Source: an uncultured Bacillota bacterium
GTDB taxonomy: Bacteria > Bacillota_I > Bacilli_A > RFN20 > CAG-631
Assembly: GCA_905197115.1 (NCBI GenBank)
Contig: CAJJXN010000002.1
Span: forward strand, 1 to 58,946
Direction of reading: 5' to 3'
DNA: 58,946 bases
Positions within the stretch are counted from its first letter, which is position 1. Each line of letters starts with the position of its first letter. Made by a program: the position numbers and the translations under genes. The notes beneath the pieces were generated by a model that did not search any database, was not told where the DNA came from, and saw nothing but the letters and a program-made list of their open reading frames with translations. Of the stretch, positions 1 through 10,202 are shown in pieces.

Positions 1-630
1 TTCTCTTGTTTGTGGCATTACACCATCATCCGCAGCCACCACAATAATAACAATATCGGTAATTTGAGCTCCACGAGAACGCATTTCAGTAAAAGCCGCA
101 TGTCCTGGAGTATCAATAAATGTAATTTTTTTGCCATTAATCATGGTTTGATAAGCACCAATATGTTGCGTGATTCCACCAAACTCTCCCGCCACGACTC
201 TTGACTTTCGAATTGCATCTAAAAGTGTCGTTTTACCATGGTCAACATGGCCCATAATCGTTACTACCGGAGGTCTTTCCATTAACATACTTTCATCATC
301 TTGAATTACAATATCTTCAAAATTTTCAAGTTCAACTACTTTTTCTTTTTTTACTTCATAACCATATTTTAAACACACAATTTCAATTAAATCATCGTTT
401 AGTGTGGTATTTACAGTTACCATAATTTTTTCTAAAAATAGACATTTTACGACTTCTACAGGGGTGAGTCCCAATTTTTCAGCCAATTCAGTTACTGTTA
501 ATGTATCTGAATAAACTAAAACCCCATCATTTAATTTTTCCTTGAATTCTTTTTTATTTAAATGATGATTGTGAGAAACATTTGAGATTAAATGATCCTT
601 TTTATTGTTTGGTCTAGTTTTTTTCTTCAT
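1..630 (-). CDS. infB: Translation initiation factor IF-2, N-terminal part (rest of gene lies beyond window start)
   Basis: Minus-strand frame from ATG at 630 (AAGGGAG RBS upstream) stays open to position 1. It encodes ...[23 protein letters not shown]...[17 protein letters not shown]... (GTPase G1-G3). Absent from the ORF track because it is cut by the window edge. Conserved rimP-nusA-ylxR-ylxQ-infB gene order. Confidence 0.9.
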   Translation of the reverse strand, partial: MKKKTRPNNKKDHLISNVSHNHHLNKKEFKEKLNDGVLVYSDTLTVTELAEKLGLTPVEVVKCLFLEKIMVTVNTTLNDDLIEIVCLKYGYEVKKEKVVELENFEDIVIQDDESMLMERPPVVTIMGHVDHGKTTLLDAIRKSRVVAGEFGGITQHIGAYQTMINGKKITFIDTPGHAAFTEMRSRGAQITDIVIIVVAADDGVMPQTRE

Positions 631-937
631 AAAATACACTCCCTTCTTTTATGTTTTCTATCCATTTTTTAGCTAAGTTTTTATCCACAATTCCTAAAGA
701 AGAAACATCCTTGTGTATAATTTGTTTAAAATCTTCTTTTTGGAATGTTACAAACACAGGTATTTTATAAAACTGGCATTTATCCATTATTTTTTTAGCA
801 CTTGCTTGTCCAGCATCTAACGCAAGAATGACTACAAACACCTGTTTTGATTGAATTTTTTTTAATAATTGTTCGCCAAAAACAATTTTTCGAGCTCCTA
901 AAGCAATTTGTAAAGTTGAAATTGCTTTATTGTTCAT
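614..937 (-). CDS. ylxQ: L7Ae-family RNA-binding protein (YlxQ-like)
   Basis: 107 aa. Position between ylxR and infB matches the Firmicutes nusA operon. LGARKIVFG ... VVILALDAG pattern typical of L7Ae/YlxQ. Overlaps infB start by 17 nt. Confidence 0.75.
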   Translation of the reverse strand: MNNKAISTLQIALGARKIVFGEQLLKKIQSKQVFVVILALDAGQASAKKIMDKCQFYKIPVFVTFQKEDFKQIIHKDVSSLGIVDKNLAKKWIENIKEGSVFYEEKN

Positions 938-1193
938 TTATGATAATATTTTTGATTTGTTCATATACTTCTTGAGGAATTTCACATTCTAATGCTCTCG
1001 CCAAACTTTTTTTCGCAATCGCCATTTCTAAAACTTCTAAATTTTTACAAATGTAAGCCCCTCTTCCATTTGCCTTTGAACTCAAATCAACAAATACTTT
1101 TCCTTCATTATTTTTTACAATTCGTAATAATTCTTTTTTAGGAACTCTTTGTTGTGTGACAACACATTTTCTTAATGGAATTTTTTTAACCAT
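927..1193 (-). CDS. ylxR: YlxR/DUF448 family RNA-binding protein
   Basis: 88 aa. IPLRKCVVTQQRVPKKELLRIV ... GRGAYIC motif characteristic of YlxR. Immediately downstream of nusA. Confidence 0.85.
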   Translation of the reverse strand: MVKKIPLRKCVVTQQRVPKKELLRIVKNNEGKVFVDLSSKANGRGAYICKNLEVLEMAIAKKSLARALECEIPQEVYEQIKNIIINEQ

Positions 1194-1208
1194 GTGTTCA
1201 CCTCCAAC

Positions 1209-2765
1209 TTATTTGTCGTAATATTCTTCAAATTCGTCAAAGTCAATTTCATCATCGTAAAGATTTTCTTCTTCCATTTCTTCTTCTTCAATACGGGCTA
1301 ATTCTTCTTCTGTATAAACTGGTAAAGCAATAGAAGGTTTAACTGCTGCTTTTACTTTTTCTTCTTCAACTTCTTTTTCAACATTTTCTTTAGTATATTT
1401 CTTGTAAGATTTCTTTTCAGTAGGTTGTGTAGGAGTTGGTTTTGAAGCAAGTGCTTCTTCTAATTCAGAAAATGCACTTATTGTAGAAGAATTTGTTTTT
1501 ATTGGACGAACTTCTTCTTCCTCATTTTCAAGAGTTGGTTGAGCAAGCACTTCTTTTTCCACAACAACCGGTTTTTCTTCTACTACTGGAAGCGTATCTT
1601 CAACCGTTGGAGTCACAGTTGCACGAACCATAATTCTTGGTGCACGACGTTTTGCTTCTTCCATTACTTTAACATCTTCCACATTTTGATAGTCAACACT
1701 CAAACTGATTGCATCTTTTTCAGTTTTGATGTCAATTTTATAGCCTGTTAATTTTACAGCTAAATTAACATTTTGTGCTTCTTTTCCTATCGCTAATGAG
1801 TATTGATCTTCTGGCAAAACGGCCACACAGCATTTTTCATTTTCACCATTTAATTTCACGCCGATGACATTAGCAGGCTTTAATGCGTCTGCAATAAATA
1901 AAATTGGATTTTCACTATAATTAATTACATCAATTCTTTCTCCACCCAATTGTGAAATAACTCTTTGAATACGAGCACCTCTTGGACCAATACATGCACC
2001 ACTTGGATCAATATTAATATCTTTTGTAGAAACAGCTACTTTCGTACGAACTCCTGCAATACGAGAAATGGCTTTAATTTCAACAATGCCTTCATATATT
2101 TCATTAATTTCTTGTTCCATTAAACGTTTTACAAAGCCAGGTGCTGTTCTAGAGACTACAATTTGTGCTCCTTGAGCTTTATGATCTACATCTTCAATAT
2201 AAACTTTAATTTGTCTTCCAGGAATTAAAGATTCATTTGGTAAACAATTAGACTTTGAAAGATAAGCGTATGTGTTATTTAATTTGATTAAACAATGAGT
2301 TGGTTCGACTTTTTCAATCACACCAATAACGATATCATGAATTTTATCTTTGTATTGTTCAAAAATGATTTGTTTTTCAGCTTCTCTTAATTTTTGTTTA
2401 AAGACATTTTTGGCTTGTAAAGCGGCTGCACGTTGAAATGCAGATGTATCAATCGGAGTTTCCATAACATCTCCTACTTTATAATCTAATCCTGTTTGTT
2501 CTTTCGCTTCTTCAGGATCTGTTTCAAAAACATCATCTTGAATTTCTTCCACAACATTCTTCACTTTAAACATCGAGATTTCTCCCGTTTGTTCATTAAA
2601 GTCTACACGAATAATACTATCCGTTTCATCTCCACTATATTTAAAATAAGCTTTTTTTAAGGCTTCTGCGATGGCATCAATAATGACATCTTTTGATATT
2701 CCTTTTGCTGAAGATAATTCTTGAATTGCATTTAATAATTCTTTTGCATTGATTGCTTGATTCAT
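1209..2765 (-). CDS. nusA: Transcription termination/antitermination factor NusA with long acidic C-terminal extension
   Basis: 518 aa. Contains an N-terminal domain, an S1 region (GVIEKVEPTHCLIKL) and KH domains (ACIGPRGARIQ, AIGKEAQNVNLA). The last ~150 aa are E/K-rich low complexity. Confidence 0.95.
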   Translation of the reverse strand: MNQAINAKELLNAIQELSSAKGISKDVIIDAIAEALKKAYFKYSGDETDSIIRVDFNEQTGEISMFKVKNVVEEIQDDVFETDPEEAKEQTGLDYKVGDVMETPIDTSAFQRAAALQAKNVFKQKLREAEKQIIFEQYKDKIHDIVIGVIEKVEPTHCLIKLNNTYAYLSKSNCLPNESLIPGRQIKVYIEDVDHKAQGAQIVVSRTAPGFVKRLMEQEINEIYEGIVEIKAISRIAGVRTKVAVSTKDINIDPSGACIGPRGARIQRVISQLGGERIDVINYSENPILFIADALKPANVIGVKLNGENEKCCVAVLPEDQYSLAIGKEAQNVNLAVKLTGYKIDIKTEKDAISLSVDYQNVEDVKVMEEAKRRAPRIMVRATVTPTVEDTLPVVEEKPVVVEKEVLAQPTLENEEEEVRPIKTNSSTISAFSELEEALASKPTPTQPTEKKSYKKYTKENVEKEVEEEKVKAAVKPSIALPVYTEEELARIEEEEMEEENLYDDEIDFDEFEEYYDK

Positions 2766-2785
2766 ACTTCTTATTCCTTTCTTGA

Positions 2786-3259
2786 CTAAAATTTGATGGC
2801 TAAATGTGCATCTTCAATGTTTTCATATGAAATGACGATTGTTTTTTTTCTCGTTTTATCTTTATATTCGATTGTGATATTTTCTTCATTTACCTCAATC
2901 AAATCCCCTTCAAACGATTTTTTAGTTTGAAATGGTTCTTTTAAATCTACGTGAATATAATCATGAATTGCTTCATAAAAATCTTTCTTTTCTTTTAAAG
3001 GTCGTTCCACACCCGGTGAGCAAACTTCCAAAATATATTCATGCTCAATTGGATCCAGTTGATCTAATAATTCACTTACCTTTTCAGAGATTTTTTCACA
3101 AGTATCAAAATCCATTGTTTTATCTTCTTTTTCAATACTTACTCTTAAAAAATAATGGCCTTCTTCTTTGACAAAACAAAGATCATATAAATGTAGTGAA
3201 GCCTCTTCAACAATTTTTAAGATGGGTTCTTTTACTTTTGAAATGATTTCTTTTTCCAC
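2786..3259 (-). CDS. rimP: Ribosome maturation factor RimP
   Basis: Upstream of nusA. LYDLCFVKEEGHYFLRVSIEKED ... EVCSPGVERPLK motifs. Start placed at GTG 3259 (GAGGTG RBS 5 nt upstream) because the longer ORF to 3322 would run through the tyrS terminator hairpin. Confidence 0.8.
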   Translation of the reverse strand: MEKEIISKVKEPILKIVEEASLHLYDLCFVKEEGHYFLRVSIEKEDKTMDFDTCEKISEKVSELLDQLDPIEHEYILEVCSPGVERPLKEKKDFYEAIHDYIHVDLKEPFQTKKSFEGDLIEVNEENITIEYKDKTRKKTIVISYENIEDAHLAIKF

Positions 3260-3274
3260 AATTTCACCTCTATT

Positions 3275-3302
3275 CAAAACAAAGAGTGAGGTTTCCCTCA
3301 CT
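3275..3302 (-). terminator. Intrinsic terminator downstream of tyrS
   Basis: Minus-strand AGUGAGG-GAAA-CCUCACU hairpin followed by CUUUGUUUU, located between the tyrS stop (3347) and the rimP start. Confidence 0.7.
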
Positions 3303-3346
3303 TCTTGCTTATATTTTATCACATTTAATGAATAGATACAACCATT

Positions 3347-4606
3347 TTATGCTTGATGTTGCAATAATGCATAAAGTTTTTTGCCTCGTTTTAAAACACT
3401 ATATACACCATCAATTGCATTTGCTGATGTCAAAATAAATGCTTCGTCACTTATTTTTTCTCCATTAATCGCAATGGCCCCATTTTTAATAAATTCTCTC
3501 GCTTCTCTTTTACTAGATGCTAATTTTGTCTCAATTAAAGCATCCACGATATTAATTGGTTGAGAAACACCTACCGTCGTCACACCTTCAAGAACTGTTT
3601 TTAGTTCCTTTGCTGTTAAAGATTTAAAATCTTGTTTAAATAATACTTCGCTCATTTTAACGGCTTGATCGGCTGCAGCTTTTCCATGAATTAATTTTAC
3701 AATTTCATAAGCCAAGATTTTTTGTGCTTTTCGACTTCCAGGATCAGCTATAAAATCTTGTTCTATAGTAGTTAATTCTTCTGGTGTTAAGAAAGTATAA
3801 ATTTTTAATAATTTTATTACATCTGCGTCTGCAATATTATAAAAATATTGATAAATTTGGTATGGATGTGTCTTTTCTTCATCTAACCATAACGCACCAG
3901 AAGCAGATTTGCCAAATTTTGTTCCATCTGATTTTGTCAGTAATTGTAAAGTCATTCCATATACTTGTGCGTCAGGTCCTTCTACTTTTTTAATTAAATC
4001 AAGACCTGCCGTAATATTTCCCCATTGTTCACTACCACCAATTTGAAGTTTTGTTTGATGTGTTTTATGCAAATGTAAGAAATCAATAGATTGAATAATC
4101 ATATAAGAAAATTCTGTAAATGAAATTCCTTGTTCTAAACGACTCGCTACTACATCTTTACTTAACATGTAATTAATGGTGAAATTTTTTCCATAATCAC
4201 GCAAAAATTCAACAACAGAAATATCTTTTAACCAATCATAGTTATTCACTAATAATGCCTTATCTTCGCCTTCAAAATCTAAAAAACGAGCCAATTGTTT
4301 TTTGATTCCTTCACTATTTTCAATTGATTTTTGAAGAGTGAGCAATTCTCTTTCATTTTTTCTTCCACTAGGGTCTCCAATTAAACCCGTTCCTCCACCA
4401 ACTACAGCAATTGGTTTATGATGATGTTTTTGAAAATGTTTCATAATTAAAATTGGAATTAAATGTCCTACATGTAAAGAATCAGCAGTTGGATCAAAAC
4501 CACAATAAAAACGAATTTTTTCTTTCGCTAATAAGTCGGTCAATCCCTTTTCATCCGTAAAATCTTTAATAAATCCACGATATTTTAATTCTTCTAATAA
4601 TGTCAT
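3347..4606 (-). CDS. tyrS: Tyrosine--tRNA ligase
   Basis: 419 aa. Class I HIGH motif (LHVGHLIP), KMSKS-like KFGKS, and a C-terminal S4-like domain. Preceded by a T-box leader. Confidence 0.95.
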   Translation of the reverse strand: MTLLEELKYRGFIKDFTDEKGLTDLLAKEKIRFYCGFDPTADSLHVGHLIPILIMKHFQKHHHKPIAVVGGGTGLIGDPSGRKNERELLTLQKSIENSEGIKKQLARFLDFEGEDKALLVNNYDWLKDISVVEFLRDYGKNFTINYMLSKDVVASRLEQGISFTEFSYMIIQSIDFLHLHKTHQTKLQIGGSEQWGNITAGLDLIKKVEGPDAQVYGMTLQLLTKSDGTKFGKSASGALWLDEEKTHPYQIYQYFYNIADADVIKLLKIYTFLTPEELTTIEQDFIADPGSRKAQKILAYEIVKLIHGKAAADQAVKMSEVLFKQDFKSLTAKELKTVLEGVTTVGVSQPINIVDALIETKLASSKREAREFIKNGAIAINGEKISDEAFILTSANAIDGVYSVLKRGKKLYALLQHQA

Positions 4607-4624
4607 TTCTTTTTCCTCCTCAAA

Positions 4625-4830
4625 AAATATAAAAAGCGCCCTCTATTCTAAGGACGCTTTCATAAACGTGGTACCACCTTAGTTTATTTGCTTTGAACAA
4701 ATACACTCTTTTCTCATTAACGCTAAGTCACGATAAGTTTAATTTAAGGTGTATCAACAAATTCTTTTTACCTTTTTTCACCACGACGAAGGCTCTCTAT
4801 AAAAAAGGAGTTTGTATCTTCCTTAACTTA
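4625..4830 (-). promoter_or_regulatory. T-box leader (tRNA-Tyr sensing) with terminator
   Basis: Minus strand carries AGAGAG near the 5' end and a candidate UAC specifier in ...GUUGAUACACC.... The conserved T-box sequence AAGGUGGUACCACG sits at 4667-4680. The terminator AGCGUCC...GGGCGCU plus U-run sits at 4631-4660, directly before the tyrS RBS. Confidence 0.85.
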
Positions 4831-4870
4831 TATTATGTATTATACAAATAATTTTTGATTTTGCCAACCT

Positions 4871-5866
4871 TTATTTCGTTGTTCCTCTTGAAACAAAGGT
4901 AAAAGGCAATTTTTCTTGAATAATTTGATTTGGATTTTCGATTAATGTTGCTAAAACTTCCATTCCTTTAAATCCTAAGCCACGCATATCAATATCAAAC
5001 GATGATAATTTTGGACGCGTAAGTTCACTATATTTTGTACCAATCATCGCCATAATTTCAATATCATTTGGTACATCTTTTTTCAAATCCATGGCTGCAT
5101 TTAAAGCGGCAATTGCAATGGAATCACGAGCAGCAATATAAAATCCCTTTTTTTGATTAGCAAAATGTCTTTTCATAATAGGATAGGTTTCTTTATAAGA
5201 ATCAGGAACAGCAATTATATTATTAAATTCTTTACCATATTTTTTATATGTTTCTTCGATTGCACTTAAAATTCTTTTTTCTAACTTTCCACTTGTAACC
5301 TTTAAAAAGAAAACCTCTTCTTGTTTTTTTAACAAGCATTCTTCTACAATTTCACTAATTTGATTTTTATAATGCCATGTGACAGAAGATTTGGTCTTTA
5401 AATCCAATCCAATCGTAACCGTTGGGATGGAATAATCCGTTAACACTCCCACGTCATGCTCATCTAAGTAATCATTAAATACAACGACTCCATTTACTCG
5501 TAAAGATAATACTTTGTTTAAAACTTTTTCTACATCTGCGCGGTCTTCTGTTGTAAAAATCAAGCAATCATAGCCATATTTCTTCGCACAATCCATTAGC
5601 CCAGCAACCACATGTGAAATATAAGTATAATTGATTTCTGGAACAATAATCGCAACATTGGTTGATTTTTTGGTAGCTAAACCTTTTGCAATCGCATTTG
5701 GCTTATAATTTAATTCTTTAATGGCATCTAAAACTTTTTGTTTCGTAGCCTCTGAAACATTGTCTTTGCCATTTATTACTCTTGAAGCGGTCGCTAAAGA
5801 AGTATGTGCTTTAAAAGCAACATCATAAATAGTAGCTTTTTTTTGTGTGTTTGCCATAATTATCAA
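4871..5866 (-). CDS. LacI-family transcriptional regulator
   Basis: N-terminal HTH ATIYDVAFKAHTSLATASRVINGKDNVSEATKQKVLDAIKELNYKPNAIAKGL followed by a periplasmic-binding-protein-like fold. The true start may be ATG 5857 (MANTQ). Confidence 0.85.
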   Translation of the reverse strand: MIIMANTQKKATIYDVAFKAHTSLATASRVINGKDNVSEATKQKVLDAIKELNYKPNAIAKGLATKKSTNVAIIVPEINYTYISHVVAGLMDCAKKYGYDCLIFTTEDRADVEKVLNKVLSLRVNGVVVFNDYLDEHDVGVLTDYSIPTVTIGLDLKTKSSVTWHYKNQISEIVEECLLKKQEEVFFLKVTSGKLEKRILSAIEETYKKYGKEFNNIIAVPDSYKETYPIMKRHFANQKKGFYIAARDSIAIAALNAAMDLKKDVPNDIEIMAMIGTKYSELTRPKLSSFDIDMRGLGFKGMEVLATLIENPNQIIQEKLPFTFVSRGTTK

Positions 5867-5925
5867 CTCGATTCCTAAATCTATTATAGCATATATTTTT
5901 CAAACTTGACTATATTTTATGATAA

Positions 5926-6189
5926 TTAAGATAATTTTGATTTTTTTTGTTTTGGAGAAGATTTTTTATAGTTTGAATTACTTTTTTTAGAAGAAAAAAA
6001 ATCATATTCATCTTCATCAATGATATTATCTTCATCGTCCTCTTCATCCACATAATCATCTTTCCATTGATTCATTTTATCAATTGTTTGGTTCGCTAAA
6101 TCATTCAACTTTGATTTTAATTTATTTGAATAAGTCACAGCTAAAACACCTACACTCATTCCCATAAAAAAACTCATTATTCTTTTCAT
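5926..6189 (-). CDS. Small membrane-anchored protein with acidic/lysine-rich tail
   Basis: 87 aa ORF with an N-terminal hydrophobic helix (FFMGMSVGVLAV), then a DEED-rich segment and a K/S-rich tail. No family recognised. Confidence 0.55.
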   Translation of the reverse strand: MKRIMSFFMGMSVGVLAVTYSNKLKSKLNDLANQTIDKMNQWKDDYVDEEDDEDNIIDEDEYDFFSSKKSNSNYKKSSPKQKKSKLS

Positions 6190-6253
6190 TCAAGGACACC
6201 TATCTTTCTTCTTTATTAGTATGTCCCAATTTTGTAAATCAATGTAAAAAGGC

Positions 6254-6276
6254 AAAAAAAAAGCCACTTGCGTGGC
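6254..6276 (-). terminator. Intrinsic terminator downstream of cold-shock gene
   Basis: Minus-strand GCCAC-GCAA-GUGGC hairpin followed by a run of 9 U. Confidence 0.75.
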
Positions 6277-6290
6277 CCACTTAAAATTAA

Positions 6291-6488
6291 CTAGATCTTT
6301 TGAATATTTACAGCTCTAGGACCTTTTTCAGTGTCTTCAACATCAAAGCTTACTTCTGTTTCTGGATCGATTGTTTTGAAACCTTCCATAATTAAACTAG
6401 AATAATGGAAAAAGATGTCTTCTCCATCAGCTGGTTTAATAAAACCATAACCTTTTTGTTTGTTGAATGTTTTAACTTTACCTGTCAT
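6291..6488 (-). CDS. Cold-shock protein (CspA family)
   Basis: 65 aa. RNP-1-like KGYGFI and RNP-2-like IFFHYS motifs. Confidence 0.95.
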   Translation of the reverse strand: MTGKVKTFNKQKGYGFIKPADGEDIFFHYSSLIMEGFKTIDPETEVSFDVEDTEKGPRAVNIQKI

Positions 6489-6688
6489 TTAACCAAACCT
6501 TAAACCTTTCATTTATTGCAATTTTCACTGCTACTATTATTTTATCACATTAATTCATTTATTCAACAAAAAAATGTATTTTTCTTGGATTTTTTGGCGA
6601 TTTTTGTAATATATTTCAATTTATTAGAATTCACTTTGTTATTTTTTTTATTTCATAGTAAAATAAATATAAATAGAAAGGGTTTTTT

Positions 6689-7579
6689 ATGAATCGAAAA
6701 AAAATCAAATCCATTACTCTAGCAGCTATTTTTGCAGCTATCTATCTTATTATGAGCGCTTTAAGTTTAATTATACCTGTTTTAGATGGGGTCATTTTAA
6801 TCATCATGCCAATTTTTGCAACCTTTTATGCGGCTAAATATTCTTTTAAAGAAACTTTTCTTTTTAACTTTGCAACGTTGATATTATGCTTTTTAGTGAC
6901 GGTTTCTGATCCTTTCTTTTCACTTCTTTACATTTTCCCTACTTTAGTTGTAGGAGATGTATTTGGTCTTCTCTATAAAAAGAAAGTTCCCTATATTACT
7001 TCTTTTTTTATCTTAACTCTTATTTATGTATTAACCAATTTATTTAGTTTTTATTTAACTAAAATCATCTATGAAATTGACTTATTAAAAGAATTATTTA
7101 ATAATCCTGGTTTTATTAACGATTTTTCTTTATCTTTTTTATTGATATTTAGTATGTTAGAAGCCTTTTCTTGCCAAAGAATTGTTACTAATGAATTGCA
7201 AAAATTTAATCTTTATCCAATTAAAGAACAAAAAATTCCTTATTATAGTTACTTTATCAATTTAATAATTGGTATTTTTTGTGTTATTTCTTTGTTTTTT
7301 TGGACAAATCTTTATTTATTTTTATTTTTACTTTTTATGAGTTTATCAATTTTTTCAATTTATCGATTCTTTCAGTCTTCTTCACATCGTCTCTTATATC
7401 TATTTCTACTTTTATTTTATTTTATATTTTCAAGCATTCCTTTAATCGCGAATCAACATTTAATTTATATTCCACTCTTCATTCTTATACCAACTTTTAT
7501 ATTACAAATTGTATATTTATGTCAAATAAGGTATAATAATGAACATAAAGCAAAAAATATAAAAAGAAAAGAGGGATAA
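6689..7579 (+). CDS. Polytopic membrane protein
   Basis: 296 aa, about 8 hydrophobic segments, RBS-like AAAGGG upstream. No family recognised. Confidence 0.7.
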   Translation: MNRKKIKSITLAAIFAAIYLIMSALSLIIPVLDGVILIIMPIFATFYAAKYSFKETFLFNFATLILCFLVTVSDPFFSLLYIFPTLVVGDVFGLLYKKKVPYITSFFILTLIYVLTNLFSFYLTKIIYEIDLLKELFNNPGFINDFSLSFLLIFSMLEAFSCQRIVTNELQKFNLYPIKEQKIPYYSYFINLIIGIFCVISLFFWTNLYLFLFLLFMSLSIFSIYRFFQSSSHRLLYLFLLLFYFIFSSIPLIANQHLIYIPLFILIPTFILQIVYLCQIRYNNEHKAKNIKRKEG

Positions 7580-7580
7580 A

Positions 7581-7844
7581 ATGGGCGAAATATTTACATT
7601 TTTTAAAAATGCTACGAAAGCATTGCTTTTTTCTCCTTTTTATTTACTTTACTTTTGTGTACTAATACTGAAATCTTTCGTCTTATTTTTCATTGGAGAG
7701 TTTCATTCTTTTATAGGCATTTTTAAACATAAAAGTTATGATAAACCTAGTCATAACATTTATGAGAGACGTTTGAAACTATGCAAAGAAAAAAATGCCA
7801 CTTTTGATGTTTTAAAAGAATTAAATAGGCGGAAATCTTTGTAA
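7581..7844 (+). CDS. Small membrane protein
   Basis: 87 aa. Starts 1 nt after the previous stop and its stop overlaps the next start (TAATG), implying an operon with its neighbours. Confidence 0.55.
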   Translation: MGEIFTFFKNATKALLFSPFYLLYFCVLILKSFVLFFIGEFHSFIGIFKHKSYDKPSHNIYERRLKLCKEKNATFDVLKELNRRKSL

Positions 7845-8587
7845 TGTTTGAAATTTTCAAATTAAATGAAAAAAGTAAAAAAGCTTTATTAGTATTAGTC
7901 GCATTTTTTGTTATTATCTTATTAATCTTTGGATTTATTTACATGATGATTGATCGTCATATGAAAAAAAATGCCAAAAAAATAGATAGTTATATGGTGG
8001 ATTTATGTCGTTATCGAATTGTTACCAATCCTTATCAGTTTGTTAAAGCCGTAAAATATTATGAACAAAGAAATTTACATAAAGAAATTAAATGGGCCGT
8101 TCGCATTTTATTAATTAGTTTAGTATTAATTGGTGTTTATTGTATCTTATCTACTCCTGAAACAACAAAAAAAGTCTTTAGCAGTTTCTTTGATTTATTT
8201 CCTCGTTTTAAATGGCAAACAATTAAGTCAGTGAATGAAGATTTAAAAGAAGCAGGCAAGCCATTAATTAGTGGTATCTCTTGGATGCCAGACTCCCTTA
8301 TTCCTCAAGTACGTTTTAAAAAAATTCAAGCCAATGATATAAATATTTATATTTCTTCTGCTTTTTATATTTTACTCATTGTTATATTTATTAAAATTAC
8401 AAGTGCTACATTAAGTTACCATGCTCGTATTCGTCGAGGTATTGAAAAATCAAAAACAGTATTTACAAAGAGTTTAGATGAAGTGAATTTTGAAAGTTTT
8501 ACAACTCCTATTTCTTCTATTAATGAAATTCCAGTTAATAACACAATTCCTTTAGAAAATGAACAAAAAAATGAGCCTTTAACCTAA
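7844..8587 (+). CDS. Membrane protein
   Basis: 247 aa with three hydrophobic segments, coupled to the upstream ORF. Followed by a hairpin at 8609-8636. Confidence 0.65.
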   Translation: MFEIFKLNEKSKKALLVLVAFFVIILLIFGFIYMMIDRHMKKNAKKIDSYMVDLCRYRIVTNPYQFVKAVKYYEQRNLHKEIKWAVRILLISLVLIGVYCILSTPETTKKVFSSFFDLFPRFKWQTIKSVNEDLKEAGKPLISGISWMPDSLIPQVRFKKIQANDINIYISSAFYILLIVIFIKITSATLSYHARIRRGIEKSKTVFTKSLDEVNFESFTTPISSINEIPVNNTIPLENEQKNEPLT

Positions 8588-10202
8588 GGCTCACTTTTTT
8601 TAAATAAAAATGCAATCTATAAGGATTGCATTTTTTGTTTAGTTCATTAAGCAGTAAGTAATCAGCAACATTTAATGGTGTGATATCTTCAAATGTTTCA
8701 CCATAGTGGAATTCAACTTTTTGGTTGAATACATAATAAGGAACATCACTAAGATTTGATTCATAATAAGCAATTTCAGTGTAATCAATTGAAATTGGTG
8801 TATTATCTTTGTCATATACAGCAATTAAATGTTGTCTAACACCTGGTTCTTCTTCATCTTCTTGAGAGAATGCTAAGTTGATATAAACAGTTGTATTTCC
8901 TTTTTCATCTCTTGTAGCTGCATAACGAGCATTGTTGTAATTTTTACCGATAACACTTGAGTAAGCTTGAACCATGCTATCTCTTAAATCAACTGCTGTT
9001 TCTGCAGTTACTTTTGCAGAATAAGCACGAACTGAATCTTCCACAGTTGTATCTTCATAATCTTGAAGTGTATATTTGTGCCATTCTTTTGTACCATTTA
9101 CAGTAAATTCGTAGTTACCTTCTTGTTTTGTATAATTCAAAGCATATAATTCTTGTTTAGAAGCTGTTTCAATCGCTGTTTCAACACCTGTACCATAAAC
9201 AAGTCCTGAAGCACCATAAGCTTCTCCTGTATAATGTCTTAAATTTTCTTCGTTTACAATTGTGTAACCAGCACTTGAACCGGCATTGAATTGAATTGTT
9301 TCTACAACATGTGTAGAAGTTGCTGTAGCAGTAGTTGCTTCTGTTGTTTTAATGACTGCTGAAATTTCTGTATCCGATAATTGATTAGCAACATTAATTT
9401 CTTCAACTTCAATATCTGGGAACCATTCAGCATAGTCATTTTCATTTAAGAATGTACCATCATAATTTCCTTGGCTTGCATAACCATATTTATAATTGTT
9501 ATTAATTTCAATTAATTTATCTCCAAAATTATTTTTTAATTGTTGGAAATTTGTAAAGGATGCAAGTTGGAAAGTTCCTTTTACTTCTTTACATACAACT
9601 TCATATTTAATTGAAAGAACATTTCCATTTGCTAAATTTGTTTTTTCTTCTAATTTGAAATTGTATTCAGAACCTTTTTTAGTTGCTTTAAAACTTTCAT
9701 TTTCAGATTCATTTGCTTCTCTTAGTTCACCAATGAATTCTTTATCTACACCAGAGTATAATAAATCATTTAATTGAGATCCTGCTCTTGTCTTTTTATA
9801 AGAAAAAGTTGCTTCTCCACTATCTGTTTCATCGTGTAAAGTATATGCTTTGCTAACTTTACGGAATGTTTGTTCAACAACATTCCATTCTTCATCGGCA
9901 ATTAAAGTTTCATAATGTGCTTTACCAGTTGAAATAGCAACATGATTATCATGAATTTTCTTATTCATTTCATAAGAAATCGTAACATCACCATATTGTT
10001 CATTATACTGATATTGACTAGTAGATTCCTTTACTGTTGTCAAATTTTTACCCATTTCTACTAAATTTAGTAAGATTTCTGAGGTTCTTTCTTTTCCAAC
10101 TGCTTCAGTAACAACTTTTTTTTCACATCCAGCCATTAATGGAAGAGCCAAAGCAGCCAAACTTGTAAACATTAATGTTTTCTTATTCATTTTTGTTTCC
10201 AC
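8535..10202 (-). CDS. Predicted lipoprotein
   Basis: Signal peptide plus lipobox (LALPLMAGC). 555 aa soluble T/E/Y-rich body. The 3' ~35 codons run through a terminator-like hairpin and overlap the convergent gene, so the C-terminus is uncertain. Confidence 0.75.
   Translation of the reverse strand: METKMNKKTLMFTSLAALALPLMAGCEKKVVTEAVGKERTSEILLNLVEMGKNLTTVKESTSQYQYNEQYGDVTISYEMNKKIHDNHVAISTGKAHYETLIADEEWNVVEQTFRKVSKAYTLHDETDSGEATFSYKKTRAGSQLNDLLYSGVDKEFIGELREANESENESFKATKKGSEYNFKLEEKTNLANGNVLSIKYEVVCKEVKGTFQLASFTNFQQLKNNFGDKLIEINNNYKYGYASQGNYDGTFLNENDYAEWFPDIEVEEINVANQLSDTEISAVIKTTEATTATATSTHVVETIQFNAGSSAGYTIVNEENLRHYTGEAYGASGLVYGTGVETAIETASKQELYALNYTKQEGNYEFTVNGTKEWHKYTLQDYEDTTVEDSVRAYSAKVTAETAVDLRDSMVQAYSSVIGKNYNNARYAATRDEKGNTTVYINLAFSQEDEEEPGVRQHLIAVYDKDNTPISIDYTEIAYYESNLSDVPYYVFNQKVEFHYGETFEDITPLNVADYLLLNELNKKCNPYRLHFYLKKVSLRLKAHFFVHFLKELCY

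Noticed and set aside
10-204. Plus-strand 64-aa ORF at the window start
   Set aside because: It lies antisense to the clearly recognisable infB GTPase domain ([16 protein letters not shown] on the minus strand) and has a low-complexity N/H-rich composition. It is an antisense artefact.
3260-3322. Longer rimP start (ATG 3322)
   Set aside because: The extension would be translated across the tyrS terminator hairpin (3275-3302). A GTG with a GAGGTG RBS at 3259 gives an N-terminus typical of RimP.
8535-8640. Possible functional overlap of convergent genes 7844-8587 and 8535-10202
   Set aside because: The last ~35 codons of the lipoprotein ORF are simply the reverse reading of a bidirectional terminator hairpin (8609-8636) and the neighbour's 3' end. 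This is probably fortuitous lack of an earlier stop rather than a designed overlap. It only adds uncertainty to the C-terminus.
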